Assembly (NCBI GenBank): GCA_024400835.1
Contig: JAKSMC010000008.1
Span: 5,082 to 69,081, forward strand
Length of the DNA: 64,000 nt
DNA from: Bacteroidales bacterium
GTDB lineage: Bacteria > Bacteroidota > Bacteroidia > Bacteroidales > WCHB1-69
Direction of reading: 5' to 3'
Below the pieces are notes generated by a model that had not been told where the DNA came from, searched no databases, and saw nothing but the letters and a program-made list of their open reading frames with translations. Within the stretch, counting starts at the first letter, position 1. The number at the start of each line of letters is the position of its first letter. Shown piece after piece: positions 54,027 through 63,702 of this stretch. The position numbers and the translations under genes are program-made.

Positions 54027-55475
54027 ATGAAAAAACTTATCATAATCACACTGATGTTAAGCGCAATAACATTCACATTTGCGCAAGGATCCTATGAAGC
54101 ATTCCGCTTCTCACAAATAGATTACATGGGTACAGCCAGATATATGGGTGCCGGCGGTGCATTCAGCGCAACAGGCGGTGATTTCTCAGCACTCAGCACA
54201 AACCCTGCCGCCATAGGCATTTTCAAACGCAATGAGGTTTCATTTACCCCCATGACACTCTCTTTTTTCAAGGACAACACCTTATATAACGGAATGTCCT
54301 CATTCACACAGAATCCTAAATACACCGTTCCTCAATGTGGTCTGGTTATTTCCAGCCCTATTGCAAATTCCGCATGGAAAAGATGGCAATTCGGCTTCGG
54401 ATACAATAGAATCATGGATTTCAACAATACGTTCCGTATCCAAGGTCCTAACCACTCATCTTTCATTGATCCTGTTCTCAACCTCGCCAATGGCACAATA
54501 TACAACAATTTGACTGGCGATGCCCAAATCGCATGGGACACATACCTGATAGACACCATTCCGGGCTCCATCAACAGATATCGCAGCGCATTCCATGACC
54601 AAGATGTCGATCAAACAGCTGTTGTCTCTCAATACGGGGGCCTTGATGAAATGACCATCACTTTTGGTGGCAACTACAATGACAAATTGTATTTAGGCGC
54701 AAGTATCGGCATTCCAATTTTGGACTATACCGAACAAACGACTTTCACAGAAGAGCTCTCTAATGATAGCCAAGGCACCTATAAGTACAAAGTATCTACA
54801 AGGCAAAACGACAGAGGCGCCGGCATCAACGCAAAAATAGGCGTCATCTACCAACCCGTCAACTTCTTACGTTTAAGTGCCGCCATTCAGACCCCGACTT
54901 ATTTTGCTAATATCAAGGATACATATACAAGAGATATGGCGAATATCAATTACCATTCCGAATACACAAATCGTTATGACTATGCCCTTGCATCACCATT
55001 TAGATTTAATGTCGGCACGTCGTTCATCATAAACAAACGCGCTTTCATTTCCGCAGAATATGAGTTCAACGACTATGGAATGGCTACGCTTTTTGCCAAT
55101 GACTATAGCTTCGATTTTGAAAATGAAGATATAAGAAACAACTTTGGCACAAGCCACACACTTAGAATCGGCGGCGAAGTCAATCTGACATCCAAATTCA
55201 TGCTCCGCGCCGGATACAATCTTAAGACATCCCCATATCTTAAGAGCATCGACGATGCCAATCTTACCGCAGTTACATCACCTGCACACTACGGTTCCAT
55301 CGGTTTTGGCTTTCATACCAACTTCGTATTTTTCGACATAGCTTATGTCCTTCGCTATTCAAAAGACAACTACACACTGTACACAACCAACTATCTTATA
55401 AATGATTATAGCACAACTGCTTTAGTCAAAAACACCACTCATAGAATTGTAGCAACTATCGGTTGTAAGTTCTAA
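54027..55475 (+). CDS. Outer-membrane beta-barrel protein (FadL/OmpP1-like; family assignment tentative)
   Basis: It has the signal peptide MKKLIIITLMLSAITFTFAQ. The N-terminal ...ARYMGAGGAFSATGGDFSALSTNPAAIG motif, alternating beta-strand pattern and terminal aromatic (...ATIGCKF) fit this class. Confidence 0.55.
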   Translation: MKKLIIITLMLSAITFTFAQGSYEAFRFSQIDYMGTARYMGAGGAFSATGGDFSALSTNPAAIGIFKRNEVSFTPMTLSFFKDNTLYNGMSSFTQNPKYTVPQCGLVISSPIANSAWKRWQFGFGYNRIMDFNNTFRIQGPNHSSFIDPVLNLANGTIYNNLTGDAQIAWDTYLIDTIPGSINRYRSAFHDQDVDQTAVVSQYGGLDEMTITFGGNYNDKLYLGASIGIPILDYTEQTTFTEELSNDSQGTYKYKVSTRQNDRGAGINAKIGVIYQPVNFLRLSAAIQTPTYFANIKDTYTRDMANINYHSEYTNRYDYALASPFRFNVGTSFIINKRAFISAEYEFNDYGMATLFANDYSFDFENEDIRNNFGTSHTLRIGGEVNLTSKFMLRAGYNLKTSPYLKSIDDANLTAVTSPAHYGSIGFGFHTNFVFFDIAYVLRYSKDNYTLYTTNYLINDYSTTALVKNTTHRIVATIGCKF

Positions 55476-55482
55476 TTCTTCA

Positions 55483-56268
55483 ATGAAAAGACAAATTTCC
55501 CTCCTTATATTTATTGTCGCTCTTGGCAGTTGCTTTGCCCAAGAGCGACCTTCTTTTATCGATACTCGGTGCGAAAATTTCACAACCGACATCCAAGACA
55601 ACATATATATTTGGAGGGAGTCTACCTTGGAAAAATATTCTTCAGAAGGAGAATTCCTATGTGCATTCAGCAGCCCAGCCTTTGGCGACATCGCTGATGT
55701 AGATGCATCAACGCCTTCAAAAGTCCTTGTTTTTTACAAAGAGGGAGGAATAATCCTATTTCTTGACAACAAGCTCAATTCTATCGGCAACGAACTAAAC
55801 CTTTTTGAACACGACCTATTTTCCATATCCTTAACGGCGCTATGCAACACCAATCACATTGTGCTGTATGATGAAAGCGCTCATGATTTAATCATCACTG
55901 ATTTAAATTTAAATGTCAAAAGTACAACACACTGCCGTTTCGAAAAAACATTTTCTCCTTTTTCCATCGAGGTCAATTTCGACAAAGAAATTATGCTTGT
56001 CGATTCCACATCGGGCATTTATCTGTTTGATAAATTTGGAACTTTTGAAAAGAGCCTTCCCTTTCATGGAATCACATCCGCCCAACTTTTCGGAAACGAC
56101 ATTATCTACTATAAAAATTCTTCCATATACAGATACGACAAATTCGCTTTGGACAATATTCTAATATTATCAGGCGTTTCGAACATCAAAAAGTTTGAAA
56201 AGACAAAGTACTATATATATACATTAGTTAATAAAGGATATCTCTACAGAACCCCCATTACTAGATAA
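55483..56268 (+). CDS. Hypothetical exported protein (261 aa)
   Basis: It has the signal peptide MKRQISLLIFIVALGSCFAQ and starts 7 nt after the preceding gene. It has no recognisable motif. Confidence 0.6.
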   Translation: MKRQISLLIFIVALGSCFAQERPSFIDTRCENFTTDIQDNIYIWRESTLEKYSSEGEFLCAFSSPAFGDIADVDASTPSKVLVFYKEGGIILFLDNKLNSIGNELNLFEHDLFSISLTALCNTNHIVLYDESAHDLIITDLNLNVKSTTHCRFEKTFSPFSIEVNFDKEIMLVDSTSGIYLFDKFGTFEKSLPFHGITSAQLFGNDIIYYKNSSIYRYDKFALDNILILSGVSNIKKFEKTKYYIYTLVNKGYLYRTPITR

Positions 56269-56269
56269 A

Positions 56270-57541
56270 ATGAAAGCATCCAGAAGAATTATTTTCAGCC
56301 TTATCATCATTCTTGCGTGCGCGACTCGAGGAATGGCAACATATATTCTCATTCCAATGGACATGGAGCAATCCAACCATCTAAAAGCGTATGGTATCGC
56401 CTATTATGCTGTATCGCATCAAATAGATATGAGTTGGCTGCTCAACTACCGTGGAGGCAGTTTCATGTGCCAATACAATTCCAATATTGAAAACGAGTGC
56501 ACGGTGCGTGGAGTTTCTTATCAAGTTATCGCTGACCTCCAGGCCCAAGGCATTTTGTCCGAGATTGCCGCAGTAGAGAACAACATGAATGAAATCCGGC
56601 TCACCAAAGAACCGAAAATTGCTGTGTACTCCCCAAAAAACAAGTTGCCGTGGGATGATGCAGTGACTTTGGTACTTACTTACGCTGAGATACCATATAC
56701 TGTCATTTATGATGATGAAGTCATAAATGGGGAACTTCCCAAATATGATTGGTTGCACTTACACCATGAAGATTTCACTGGACAATACGGGAAATTCTGG
56801 GCGAACTACCGCAATGCCAAATGGTATCAAGACGATGTCAAAGAGCAGGAAGAACGTGCTGCCCGTCTTGGATTTTCCAAAGTCTCAGAAATGAAATTAG
56901 CCGTAGCCAAAGGCATTCGCGACTTCGTCGCAGGCGGAGGTTATCTTTTTGCCATGTGCTCAGGACCTGACAGTTATGACATCGCATTGGCAGCTGAAAA
57001 TGTTGACATCTGCGACGTAATGTTCGATGGCGACCCCATGGACCCGCAGGCCCAGAGCAAATTGAACTACGACAACTGCTTCGCTTTCACAGATTTCAAA
57101 ATAGAGACCAATCCTTACGAATACGAAGTCTCCAGCATTGATGTCAGCCCTACACAGCACATGACGAACAAAAGCAATGACTACTTCACATTGTTTGATT
57201 TTTCTGCGAAATGGGACCCTGTTCCAACCATGCTATGCCAAAATCATTTGAAAGTCATTCCTGGCTTTATGGGGCAGACGACAGCTTTCCGCAAAGAATT
57301 CATCAAACCGACCGTTACAATTATGGGAGAAGCCCAGTTATTCAATGAAGCGAAATATATTCATGGCGAATATGGCAAAGGAACCTGGACTTTTTATGGA
57401 GGACACGATCCTGAAGATTACCAGCATTTGGTAAATGACCCGCCAACAGATTTGAATCTGTTTCCGAACTCTGCAGGATACAGGCTCATCCTCAACAACG
57501 TTCTCTTCCCTGCTGCTAAGAAGCAACAACAAAAGACCTAA
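56270..57541 (+). CDS. Hypothetical exported protein (423 aa), possibly with a glutamine-amidotransferase-like/ThuA-like fold
   Basis: It has an N-terminal hydrophobic signal. It starts 1 nt after the preceding stop. The central GGGYLFAMCSGP segment resembles a nucleophile-elbow region of class I GATase-like folds. This call is weak. Confidence 0.5.
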   Translation: MKASRRIIFSLIIILACATRGMATYILIPMDMEQSNHLKAYGIAYYAVSHQIDMSWLLNYRGGSFMCQYNSNIENECTVRGVSYQVIADLQAQGILSEIAAVENNMNEIRLTKEPKIAVYSPKNKLPWDDAVTLVLTYAEIPYTVIYDDEVINGELPKYDWLHLHHEDFTGQYGKFWANYRNAKWYQDDVKEQEERAARLGFSKVSEMKLAVAKGIRDFVAGGGYLFAMCSGPDSYDIALAAENVDICDVMFDGDPMDPQAQSKLNYDNCFAFTDFKIETNPYEYEVSSIDVSPTQHMTNKSNDYFTLFDFSAKWDPVPTMLCQNHLKVIPGFMGQTTAFRKEFIKPTVTIMGEAQLFNEAKYIHGEYGKGTWTFYGGHDPEDYQHLVNDPPTDLNLFPNSAGYRLILNNVLFPAAKKQQQKT

Positions 57542-57548
57542 AATAAAA

Positions 57549-57574
57549 AGGGCAATGACTTACATCATTGCCCT
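57549..57574. terminator. Bidirectional stem-loop between convergent genes
   Basis: agggcaatga-cttaca-tcattgccct forms a perfect 10-bp stem with A/T-rich flanks. Confidence 0.6.
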
Positions 57575-57592
57575 AATTTATATCTTCATTTC

Positions 57593-58204
57593 TTACAAGC
57601 CTAAGGTCTGCTTTATCTTTGAGGTCAGGATGTCAATGCCCTTTTCATTTTGCCCTCCAATAGGGATAATGATATCAGCAAGTCTTTTCGATGGTTCGAT
57701 AAAAAGTTCATGCATCGGCTTGACGAAGTTCTGATAATGCACTATAGATTTGTCCAGTCCGCGACCGCGTTCGATGACATCGCGCTGAATGATTCGAATC
57801 AGTCGTTCATCGGCATCAGTATCCACAAAAACTTTTAAATCGAGGATATCGCACAAATCCGAATCAGTGAATATCAGAATACCTTCAACGATTAGAACGT
57901 CACAAGGTTTAACAGGAATAGTATCCTTGCCTCTACCGCAGGTTACATAGGAGTAGGTCGGCATTTCGACCACTTCCCCTCTTTTCAAAAGATTGATATG
58001 GTGAATCAACAATGGCCATTCAATAGCATTTGGATGGTCGAAATTGATCTTTTCCTTTTCCTCTTGAGGAAGATGGCCATTATCTTTATAATACGCATCC
58101 TGAGACAGCACACTCACATGTTCTCCTGGAATGCTTTGGATGATTTTCTTAACGACAGAGGTCTTACCGGAACCAGAGCCTCCTGCTATACCTATAACAA
58201 GCAT
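57593..58204 (-). CDS. udk: Uridine kinase
   Basis: It contains the MLVIGIAGGSGSGKTS P-loop, has the typical length of 203 aa and carries ...DHPNAIEW...VEGIL... motifs. Confidence 0.88.
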   Translation of the reverse strand: MLVIGIAGGSGSGKTSVVKKIIQSIPGEHVSVLSQDAYYKDNGHLPQEEKEKINFDHPNAIEWPLLIHHINLLKRGEVVEMPTYSYVTCGRGKDTIPVKPCDVLIVEGILIFTDSDLCDILDLKVFVDTDADERLIRIIQRDVIERGRGLDKSIVHYQNFVKPMHELFIEPSKRLADIIIPIGGQNEKGIDILTSKIKQTLGL

Positions 58205-58269
58205 GACAATAAAATTTAGATTAGGAATGCAAAAATAGTAATTTTATAAAGGGCGTTGCGAGACAAAGC

Positions 58270-58296
58270 AAAAAAAAATCACGCGAAATGCGTGAT
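58270..58296 (-). terminator. Rho-independent terminator after tRNA-Gln
   Basis: atcacgc-gaaat-gcgtgat forms a 7-bp stem. It is followed on the minus strand by U8. Confidence 0.6.
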
Positions 58297-58303
58297 TTTA
58301 AAG

Positions 58304-58374
58304 TTGCCCCGATAGGACTCGAACCCATACAAACAGAACCAGAATCTGCTGTGCTACCATTACACCACAGGGCA
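58304..58374 (-). tRNA. tRNA-Gln (anticodon CUG)
   Basis: The reverse complement is TGCCCTGTGGTGTAATGGTAGCACAGCAGATTCTGGTTCTGTTTGTATGGGTTCGAGTCCTATCGGGGCAA. It has a U1-A72 acceptor stem, anticodon loop TTCTGGT and a T-arm GGTTCGAGTCC. CCA is not encoded. Confidence 0.88.
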
Positions 58375-58428
58375 ATTGATTGAGCGCGCAAAAATAAGAT
58401 TTTTTTTGAATAAACGCGCTCAATCAAT
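58375..58428. other. Perfect 14-bp inverted repeat (hairpin, 26-nt loop) abutting the tRNA-Gln 5' end
   Basis: The arms attgattgagcgcg (58375-58388) and cgcgctcaatcaat (58415-58428) are followed by T9 on the + strand. It lies between the stop of the 58438..59559 gene and the tRNA. Confidence 0.6.
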
Positions 58429-58437
58429 TATTTTTTT

Positions 58438-59559
58438 TTATGCGACGAAGAGCACTTTGTACCAGTAGTATCCGTTTACGACAACTTCCTTATAGTAAAC
58501 ATTATCCACTTTGTAGTACACGCGGCCTTCCAGAATTATCGTTTGATAGTTGCAAGGCAATTCAGCTACAAGAGCGCCAACCGGAGGAGCAACCACAACA
58601 TAATCTCTATTTCTTGGGAGGTAGAAAGTACCATCATCGTAATAATATCTGATATTGTTGTGGACGACAATCACAGGATTCCAAGTGTGGAAGATTGAGT
58701 AGGCGATGACAGCTCCCAATGGAGGACGGCAAATCACATAGTAACCATTCATCATAGTGCAGAAGACACTGTTGTAGAAATAGTAGGGAATGCCACCATA
58801 GTAAACCGGCTGTACGCGTGGAGGTACATTCATGTGACCGCCAAAGTTGTGGTGATTGGGGTGCATATAAGGATCAGGGCCATAGCCTTTTTTGGGATCA
58901 TTAGGCACCGCATTGCCACGTCCGCCGACAGGTGCGGGTTGAGGACTTGCCGAACCACGATCATCGTAGCCACGCTTGATTTCCGTATTGGCAACCGTGC
59001 CTGCAGTTGTCACCTTATTTCCGCTCACAGTAGTTGACACTGAAGAAGAAGTACTGGCATTGTTCACTGCAGTTCCAGACGTATTGGGCTTAGACGTTGT
59101 TGTCGATACCGTTGCAGGTTTGGTTGTAGAAGTAGACGTTGCAGAAGTACGATTCGCATTGGAAGAAGTACTTGTACTTGACGTCGGTTTCGCCGTCGTT
59201 GATACACTTGAAGAAGTGTTGGGTTTCACAACAGTCGTAGAAGACGCCGGTCTGCTATTGGAAGATGTTGTAGTTGTAGATGGTCTGTTCGTATAGGAAG
59301 ACGTTGTTGTACGACTGGCATTAGTAGCTGGTCTGGCAACTGATGAAGCGCTTGCAGACTGAGCTCGCTGATAGCTGTTGTTAGCTTTACTCAGCTGCGC
59401 ATCTCCTTTCTTAATTTGACGGTCAGCAGCATTGACAGTTGTTGTCGGAGTTTTACTGCCTGAAGAGACTGTAGATCTAGAAGCAGGATTTTGCCCGGCA
59501 GCATTCATGGAGAGACCTACAATGCACAAAATGCTAAACAAAACAATCAACTTTTTCAT
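58438..59559 (-). CDS. Secreted protein with a Ser/Thr-rich low-complexity region and a Tyr-rich C-terminal domain
   Basis: It has the signal peptide MKKLIVLFSILCIVGLSMNAAGQ. About 190 aa are S/T/A/N-rich. The C-terminal ~140 aa are ...YYGGIPYYFYNSVFC...VYYKVDNVYYKEVVVNGYYWYKVLFVA. Confidence 0.7.
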   Translation of the reverse strand: MKKLIVLFSILCIVGLSMNAAGQNPASRSTVSSGSKTPTTTVNAADRQIKKGDAQLSKANNSYQRAQSASASSVARPATNASRTTTSSYTNRPSTTTTSSNSRPASSTTVVKPNTSSSVSTTAKPTSSTSTSSNANRTSATSTSTTKPATVSTTTSKPNTSGTAVNNASTSSSVSTTVSGNKVTTAGTVANTEIKRGYDDRGSASPQPAPVGGRGNAVPNDPKKGYGPDPYMHPNHHNFGGHMNVPPRVQPVYYGGIPYYFYNSVFCTMMNGYYVICRPPLGAVIAYSIFHTWNPVIVVHNNIRYYYDDGTFYLPRNRDYVVVAPPVGALVAELPCNYQTIILEGRVYYKVDNVYYKEVVVNGYYWYKVLFVA

Positions 59560-59619
59560 AATATTAATTTTTAAAGGTTATTAAAAACGATTTGTAAGAC
59601 GTAAAAATATATGAGATGT

Positions 59620-61719
59620 TTAATGAGCTACAACAAACTTCTTTTTCAACACTTTTCCATTCCCCTTACAGACCAAAAAGTAGATGCCACTGTTAAATCC
59701 AGCTACTGTAATCTCAGCTCTATCACCTTTTGCTATAATATTTTGCACACCAATCTGTCTACCGCTGAAATCCATAATCTCCAAATCCCATGAATCTGCA
59801 TCCGGAAGTATCACATTTACCACATCCGCAGATGGATTCGGATATATTATCATAGATTCCTCTGTAAAATCTTTCACAGAAGAGGCTGTGTCCGTAGTCC
59901 AATGCATCGTAAATCCTTCACCATTCAAGTAATTATCCGTTATGAAGGTAATCATTATCACATTTGAATTAAATGTCACTTGCTGTGGCAAATCGCAGCC
60001 AGAATAAGAAGCCAGCAGTTCCTTGGGACTGGTTTTAAGATTATAGAAATTCAATTGATCCTCAGGGCTCAAGCAGAACTCAGAAAAAGAAAATGTAATA
60101 CTCGGCCTATTTTCGACACGTATTCTCCAAAAGCAGTTCATGTTATTTCCATAATTATCCGGTCCGCTGCCATCTGTGATATCTCCAGAATATTGATAGT
60201 TTATCTGCCCGGAATTGCACGGAAGCACATCTCGGCCCACATTGTATTTCAGTTTCCACCCGCTTGCTGTCAAGGAATCATCTGTATCGAAAATGATATA
60301 GAGACTATCAGTATTGAAAGTATACGAGCCTTGGGGCATTGAACCCGAAATAGCCAAAAGTCGATTGCCGTTTTGAGGATTTCCATCCCAAAAAGACAAG
60401 GAGTCTCCTGGTTCGGTTTCAAACTTGACAAGTTCAACTGTGACGCTATAAGTTCTATCTTCAGTAATAACATACTCGCAGTGCATATTGTTCTGATAAT
60501 CCAAAGGGCCACTGCCATCCTCCAAAGTTCCATTTGAGCATGTAATAACTCTTGAATCACAGGAATAAGGATATTGTTCGTCGGCAGGATAGCAGTTCAC
60601 AATAGCACCTTGTCCGCTGCTAAATCCACCCACCGGATTTGAAGCGCCACCGTTGGAACTCAGAGCATAATAGCCATTTGAAGAGCCTCCCCAGCCAAAA
60701 TTAAAATGGAAAAGATTATCTGAATTGTATCCGTCGCAGATAAACGCATGCCCACCGTCGTCAGAATATCCGGAATAATACAGGGGCCTATTAGCATCCA
60801 ACTCAGAAGCGAGCAACTGTCTCCAAGAGCTACCGCTGTATTGGTATTTATGTTCGAAAGAACAATTCGGGGCATAACCGAAATACTGCACTAAAGCATC
60901 AGGAACATTCTCTGAATAGGCACCGGAGCCTTCCGGAGAATACATCATATCTACAGAGGTTGCACAATGAAAGATCAACTTCGCGACTTCCTCATTATAA
61001 AATGAGAGTTCGTCTTCCATAGCATCGTAATAATAGGTTTGTTCCGCGAAATTAACATGAAAATTTCCATATTCGGTATAATTGGTATGAGAGCCCCAGC
61101 CATGTGAAGGGTAGCGATAGTAGTACAAAAGCGAAGACATTGCTACAGCCACACAACCATTGGGGACACGATTGTCGTATCCGGCCGGCGACTCGGAATC
61201 CATCGGAGAATATTTGTTATAGTACTTATTCTGGTTCCACATAGAAGTAATCAAGGGAGATACGACAACGGAACGGGATTGCTTAGTGCTCGGTCTTTCC
61301 AACATTGCCCATTCGGCCGCAACCTCATCCGTTTGATCGAAGTTATTGTCCCTCATAAATTGGATTTCTTTCTGATACAAATCTATCCAATATCTCGCGC
61401 CTGGGGCAGCCTGGTCCATAACAAGATTGCTTGTGAACGAATAAGCCAGGACCGGCATAGCCACGTCATCAGCAGCCAGAAGAAGGAATCCCTTGTTGAA
61501 ATTGAACAATGCGAGGAGAGGCGCATCAGAAGTTCCTCCAAGATATTGAACATCTTTCAACTCGATATCATTGGTGCTAACACTAAGAATTTCAGCTTTT
61601 TGTTTAAAGGCACGCTGGCCAAAAGCAGTTAATTTCGATTTAGAAACGGGATTAGCGCCTGCTGCTAATGACAGGAAGCCAAAAACCAAAAACAAGGTAA
61701 TGTAACGATATACTTTCAT
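59620..61719 (-). CDS. Peptidase C10 (streptopain/SpeB-like cysteine protease) with Spi-type propeptide, two CUB-like domains and a T9SS C-terminal sorting domain
   Basis: The propeptide-like region is ...LLALFNFNKGFLLLAADDVAMPVLAYS. The catalytic Cys context is NGCVAVAMSSLLYYYRYP and the His context is GGHAFICDGY. The two CUB-like segments are CSNGTLEDGSGPLDYQNNMHCEYVI and CNSGQINYQYSGDITDGSGPDNYGNNMNCFWRI. The C-terminal tail is IIYPNPSADVVNVIL...GIYFLVCKGNGKVLKKKFVVAH. The start is chosen at MKVYRY (61719). Confidence 0.85.
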   Translation of the reverse strand: MKVYRYITLFLVFGFLSLAAGANPVSKSKLTAFGQRAFKQKAEILSVSTNDIELKDVQYLGGTSDAPLLALFNFNKGFLLLAADDVAMPVLAYSFTSNLVMDQAAPGARYWIDLYQKEIQFMRDNNFDQTDEVAAEWAMLERPSTKQSRSVVVSPLITSMWNQNKYYNKYSPMDSESPAGYDNRVPNGCVAVAMSSLLYYYRYPSHGWGSHTNYTEYGNFHVNFAEQTYYYDAMEDELSFYNEEVAKLIFHCATSVDMMYSPEGSGAYSENVPDALVQYFGYAPNCSFEHKYQYSGSSWRQLLASELDANRPLYYSGYSDDGGHAFICDGYNSDNLFHFNFGWGGSSNGYYALSSNGGASNPVGGFSSGQGAIVNCYPADEQYPYSCDSRVITCSNGTLEDGSGPLDYQNNMHCEYVITEDRTYSVTVELVKFETEPGDSLSFWDGNPQNGNRLLAISGSMPQGSYTFNTDSLYIIFDTDDSLTASGWKLKYNVGRDVLPCNSGQINYQYSGDITDGSGPDNYGNNMNCFWRIRVENRPSITFSFSEFCLSPEDQLNFYNLKTSPKELLASYSGCDLPQQVTFNSNVIMITFITDNYLNGEGFTMHWTTDTASSVKDFTEESMIIYPNPSADVVNVILPDADSWDLEIMDFSGRQIGVQNIIAKGDRAEITVAGFNSGIYFLVCKGNGKVLKKKFVVAH

Positions 61720-61807
61720 AAAGAGAAAAAATGCTGGCAAAAGTACAAAAAAAGGGGAACGCATCAAAACGCCCCCCAACTTCAGTAAAATTTTGTTTTA
61801 CAATATA

Positions 61808-62269
61808 TTACAAACTGTCAATATCAGAGATAGGATCCAACAAGTCATCATCTCTGTCACTATGGGTAGAAACTCCCGCACTTCTTTGCAAAGACGCGAT
61901 AAGAGAGCCTATCATTTTAGTCAGTTCCATAAGTTGTGTCCTGGAATAAACTTTAGCATCGTCGTCCAGCAATTGCATACGGTAAGCCAGCTCCGTATAT
62001 ACGACACATTCTCTGACAGAACTTTTTGCCATTTTCAAATAATATAAAAACTGGGTTTTGCTCCTTGAAGAGCCTTCCGCCGTATTCAATGCAATATTAT
62101 TTGCAGATTTCTGGAATGATTCTTTTAAAAAAATAAGATTTTTTTCATCACACATTGGAGATGAAGTGGAAATTCTTTCATAAAGCCACGTGATATAATC
62201 CATAGCTTTTGCGTATATACGCAGGTCTTCAAACCGAAAGAAGCTTACATTAATATCTTGCTCATTCAT
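61808..62269 (-). CDS. Four-helix-bundle protein (23S rRNA IVS protein family), second copy
   Basis: It contains ...FRFEDLRIYAKAMDYITWLYE...NNIALNTAEGSSRSKTQFLYYLKMAKSSVRECVVYTELAYRMQLL.... The start is chosen at MNEQDIN (62269). Unlike the first copy, it is not flanked by heptamer arrays. Confidence 0.7.
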   Translation of the reverse strand: MNEQDINVSFFRFEDLRIYAKAMDYITWLYERISTSSPMCDEKNLIFLKESFQKSANNIALNTAEGSSRSKTQFLYYLKMAKSSVRECVVYTELAYRMQLLDDDAKVYSRTQLMELTKMIGSLIASLQRSAGVSTHSDRDDDLLDPISDIDSL

Positions 62270-62436
62270 AATAATAGTGTTTAGAGTTTTAAAATGGCAA
62301 AGATACTTTTTTTTCATATACGGAGATGTCGTTAACATTTTTTAACAATTATTTTTTTCAAACTGCAGAAGAGAGAGTGTGAAGGTGCGATTACTACAGC
62401 ATTTTTTGTATTTTTGCCTTCCAAATTTTACAAGTC

Positions 62437-63702
62437 TTGCAAAAGCCATTAGCAGAGATATTACGTCCTCGGACTTTGGAATCCTACGTCGGTCAGGAGC
62501 ACCTGATGGGCGAAGGGGCCGTTTTGCGCACAGCCATAGAGAACAACAACATACAATCCATGATTTTCTGGGGTCCTCCAGGTGTAGGCAAGACAACACT
62601 GGCGCTTCTGATCGCCGAACTCACCGGATCGGAATTCTTCATGCTAAGTGCTATCAGCAGCGGTGTGAAAGACATCCGCGACGTCATCGAAAAGGCGAAA
62701 AAGGCCGAACATCGCTCTTTGCTATTCATCGATGAAATACATCGTTTTTCGAAAGCACAGCAGGATTCGCTCTTGGGAGCCGTAGAGCAAGGCATTGTCA
62801 CGTTGATAGGCGCCACTACGGAAAATCCTTCTTTTGAAGTGATATCCCCACTGCTCTCCAGATGCCAGGTTTACGTTTTGAAACATCTTTCCAAAGAAAA
62901 CCTGGAAACCATTCTGGCCACAGCCACAGCTCATTTGGAATCCCAAATGGGCTGCAAAATAGTCTTGGAAGACACAGAGGCTCTGCTTAGGATTTCCGGA
63001 GGAGATGCCCGGAAACTAATAAATGCCATAGAGCTCGTCACCTGGATGACAAAGCCGGTGGATGGCGTTATTACAGTAACTCGGGATTCGGTCGTTCAAG
63101 TAATCCAACAGAATCTGGCCATATACGACAAAAAGGGAGAACAGCATTACGACATCATCTCAGCATTTATCAAATCCATGCGAGGAAGCGACCCCAATGC
63201 CGCCGTGTACTGGATGGCGCGCATGTTAGTCGCTGGCGAAGACCCGTTGTTCATTGCACGCCGAATGATAATTTTAGCATCAGAAGACATCGGCAATGCC
63301 AACCCCAACGCACTTTTGCTGGCCAACAACTGTTTCCAGGCCGTCAATGTGATAGGCATGCCGGAAGCACGGATACCGCTCACGCAGACAGCCGTCTACC
63401 TGGCCTCGTCACCGAAAAGCAATGCCGCAGTCATGGCCATCGACACCGCCTATTCCATCATCAAGCAAACAGGAGACTTACCGGTACCATTGCACATCCG
63501 GAATGCGCCCACCAATTTGATGAAGGAACTGGGATACAGCAAAGGCTATCAGTATGCGCACAATTACGAGCACAATTTTGTCAATCAAGAATTCATGCCG
63601 CAGCAAATAAGCGGCGTGAAAATATACGAGCCTCAAAACAACCCCAGGGAAAACGAGTTACGCAAATATCTAAGAAGTTGTTGGAACGGCAAATACAAAT
63701 AC
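62437..63702 (+). CDS. rarA: Replication-associated recombination protein A (RarA/MgsA AAA+ ATPase); TTG start inferred and no stop codon at the expected end
   Basis: It is not in the ORF track. The frame opens after TGA at 62380-62382. (TTG)QKPLAEILRPRTLESYVGQEHLMGEGAVLRTAIENNNIQSMIFWGPPGVGKTTLA...LFIDEIHRFSKAQQD...GATTENPSFEV...YDIISAFIKSMRGSDPNAAVYWMARML...YEPQNNPRENELRKYLRSCWNGKYKY gives 422 codons of RarA homology. The first in-frame ATG would delete the conserved N-terminus. Confidence 0.8.

Noticed and set aside
58221-58427. The 68-aa ORF on the minus strand.
   Set aside because: It fully overlaps tRNA-Gln and its flanking hairpins.
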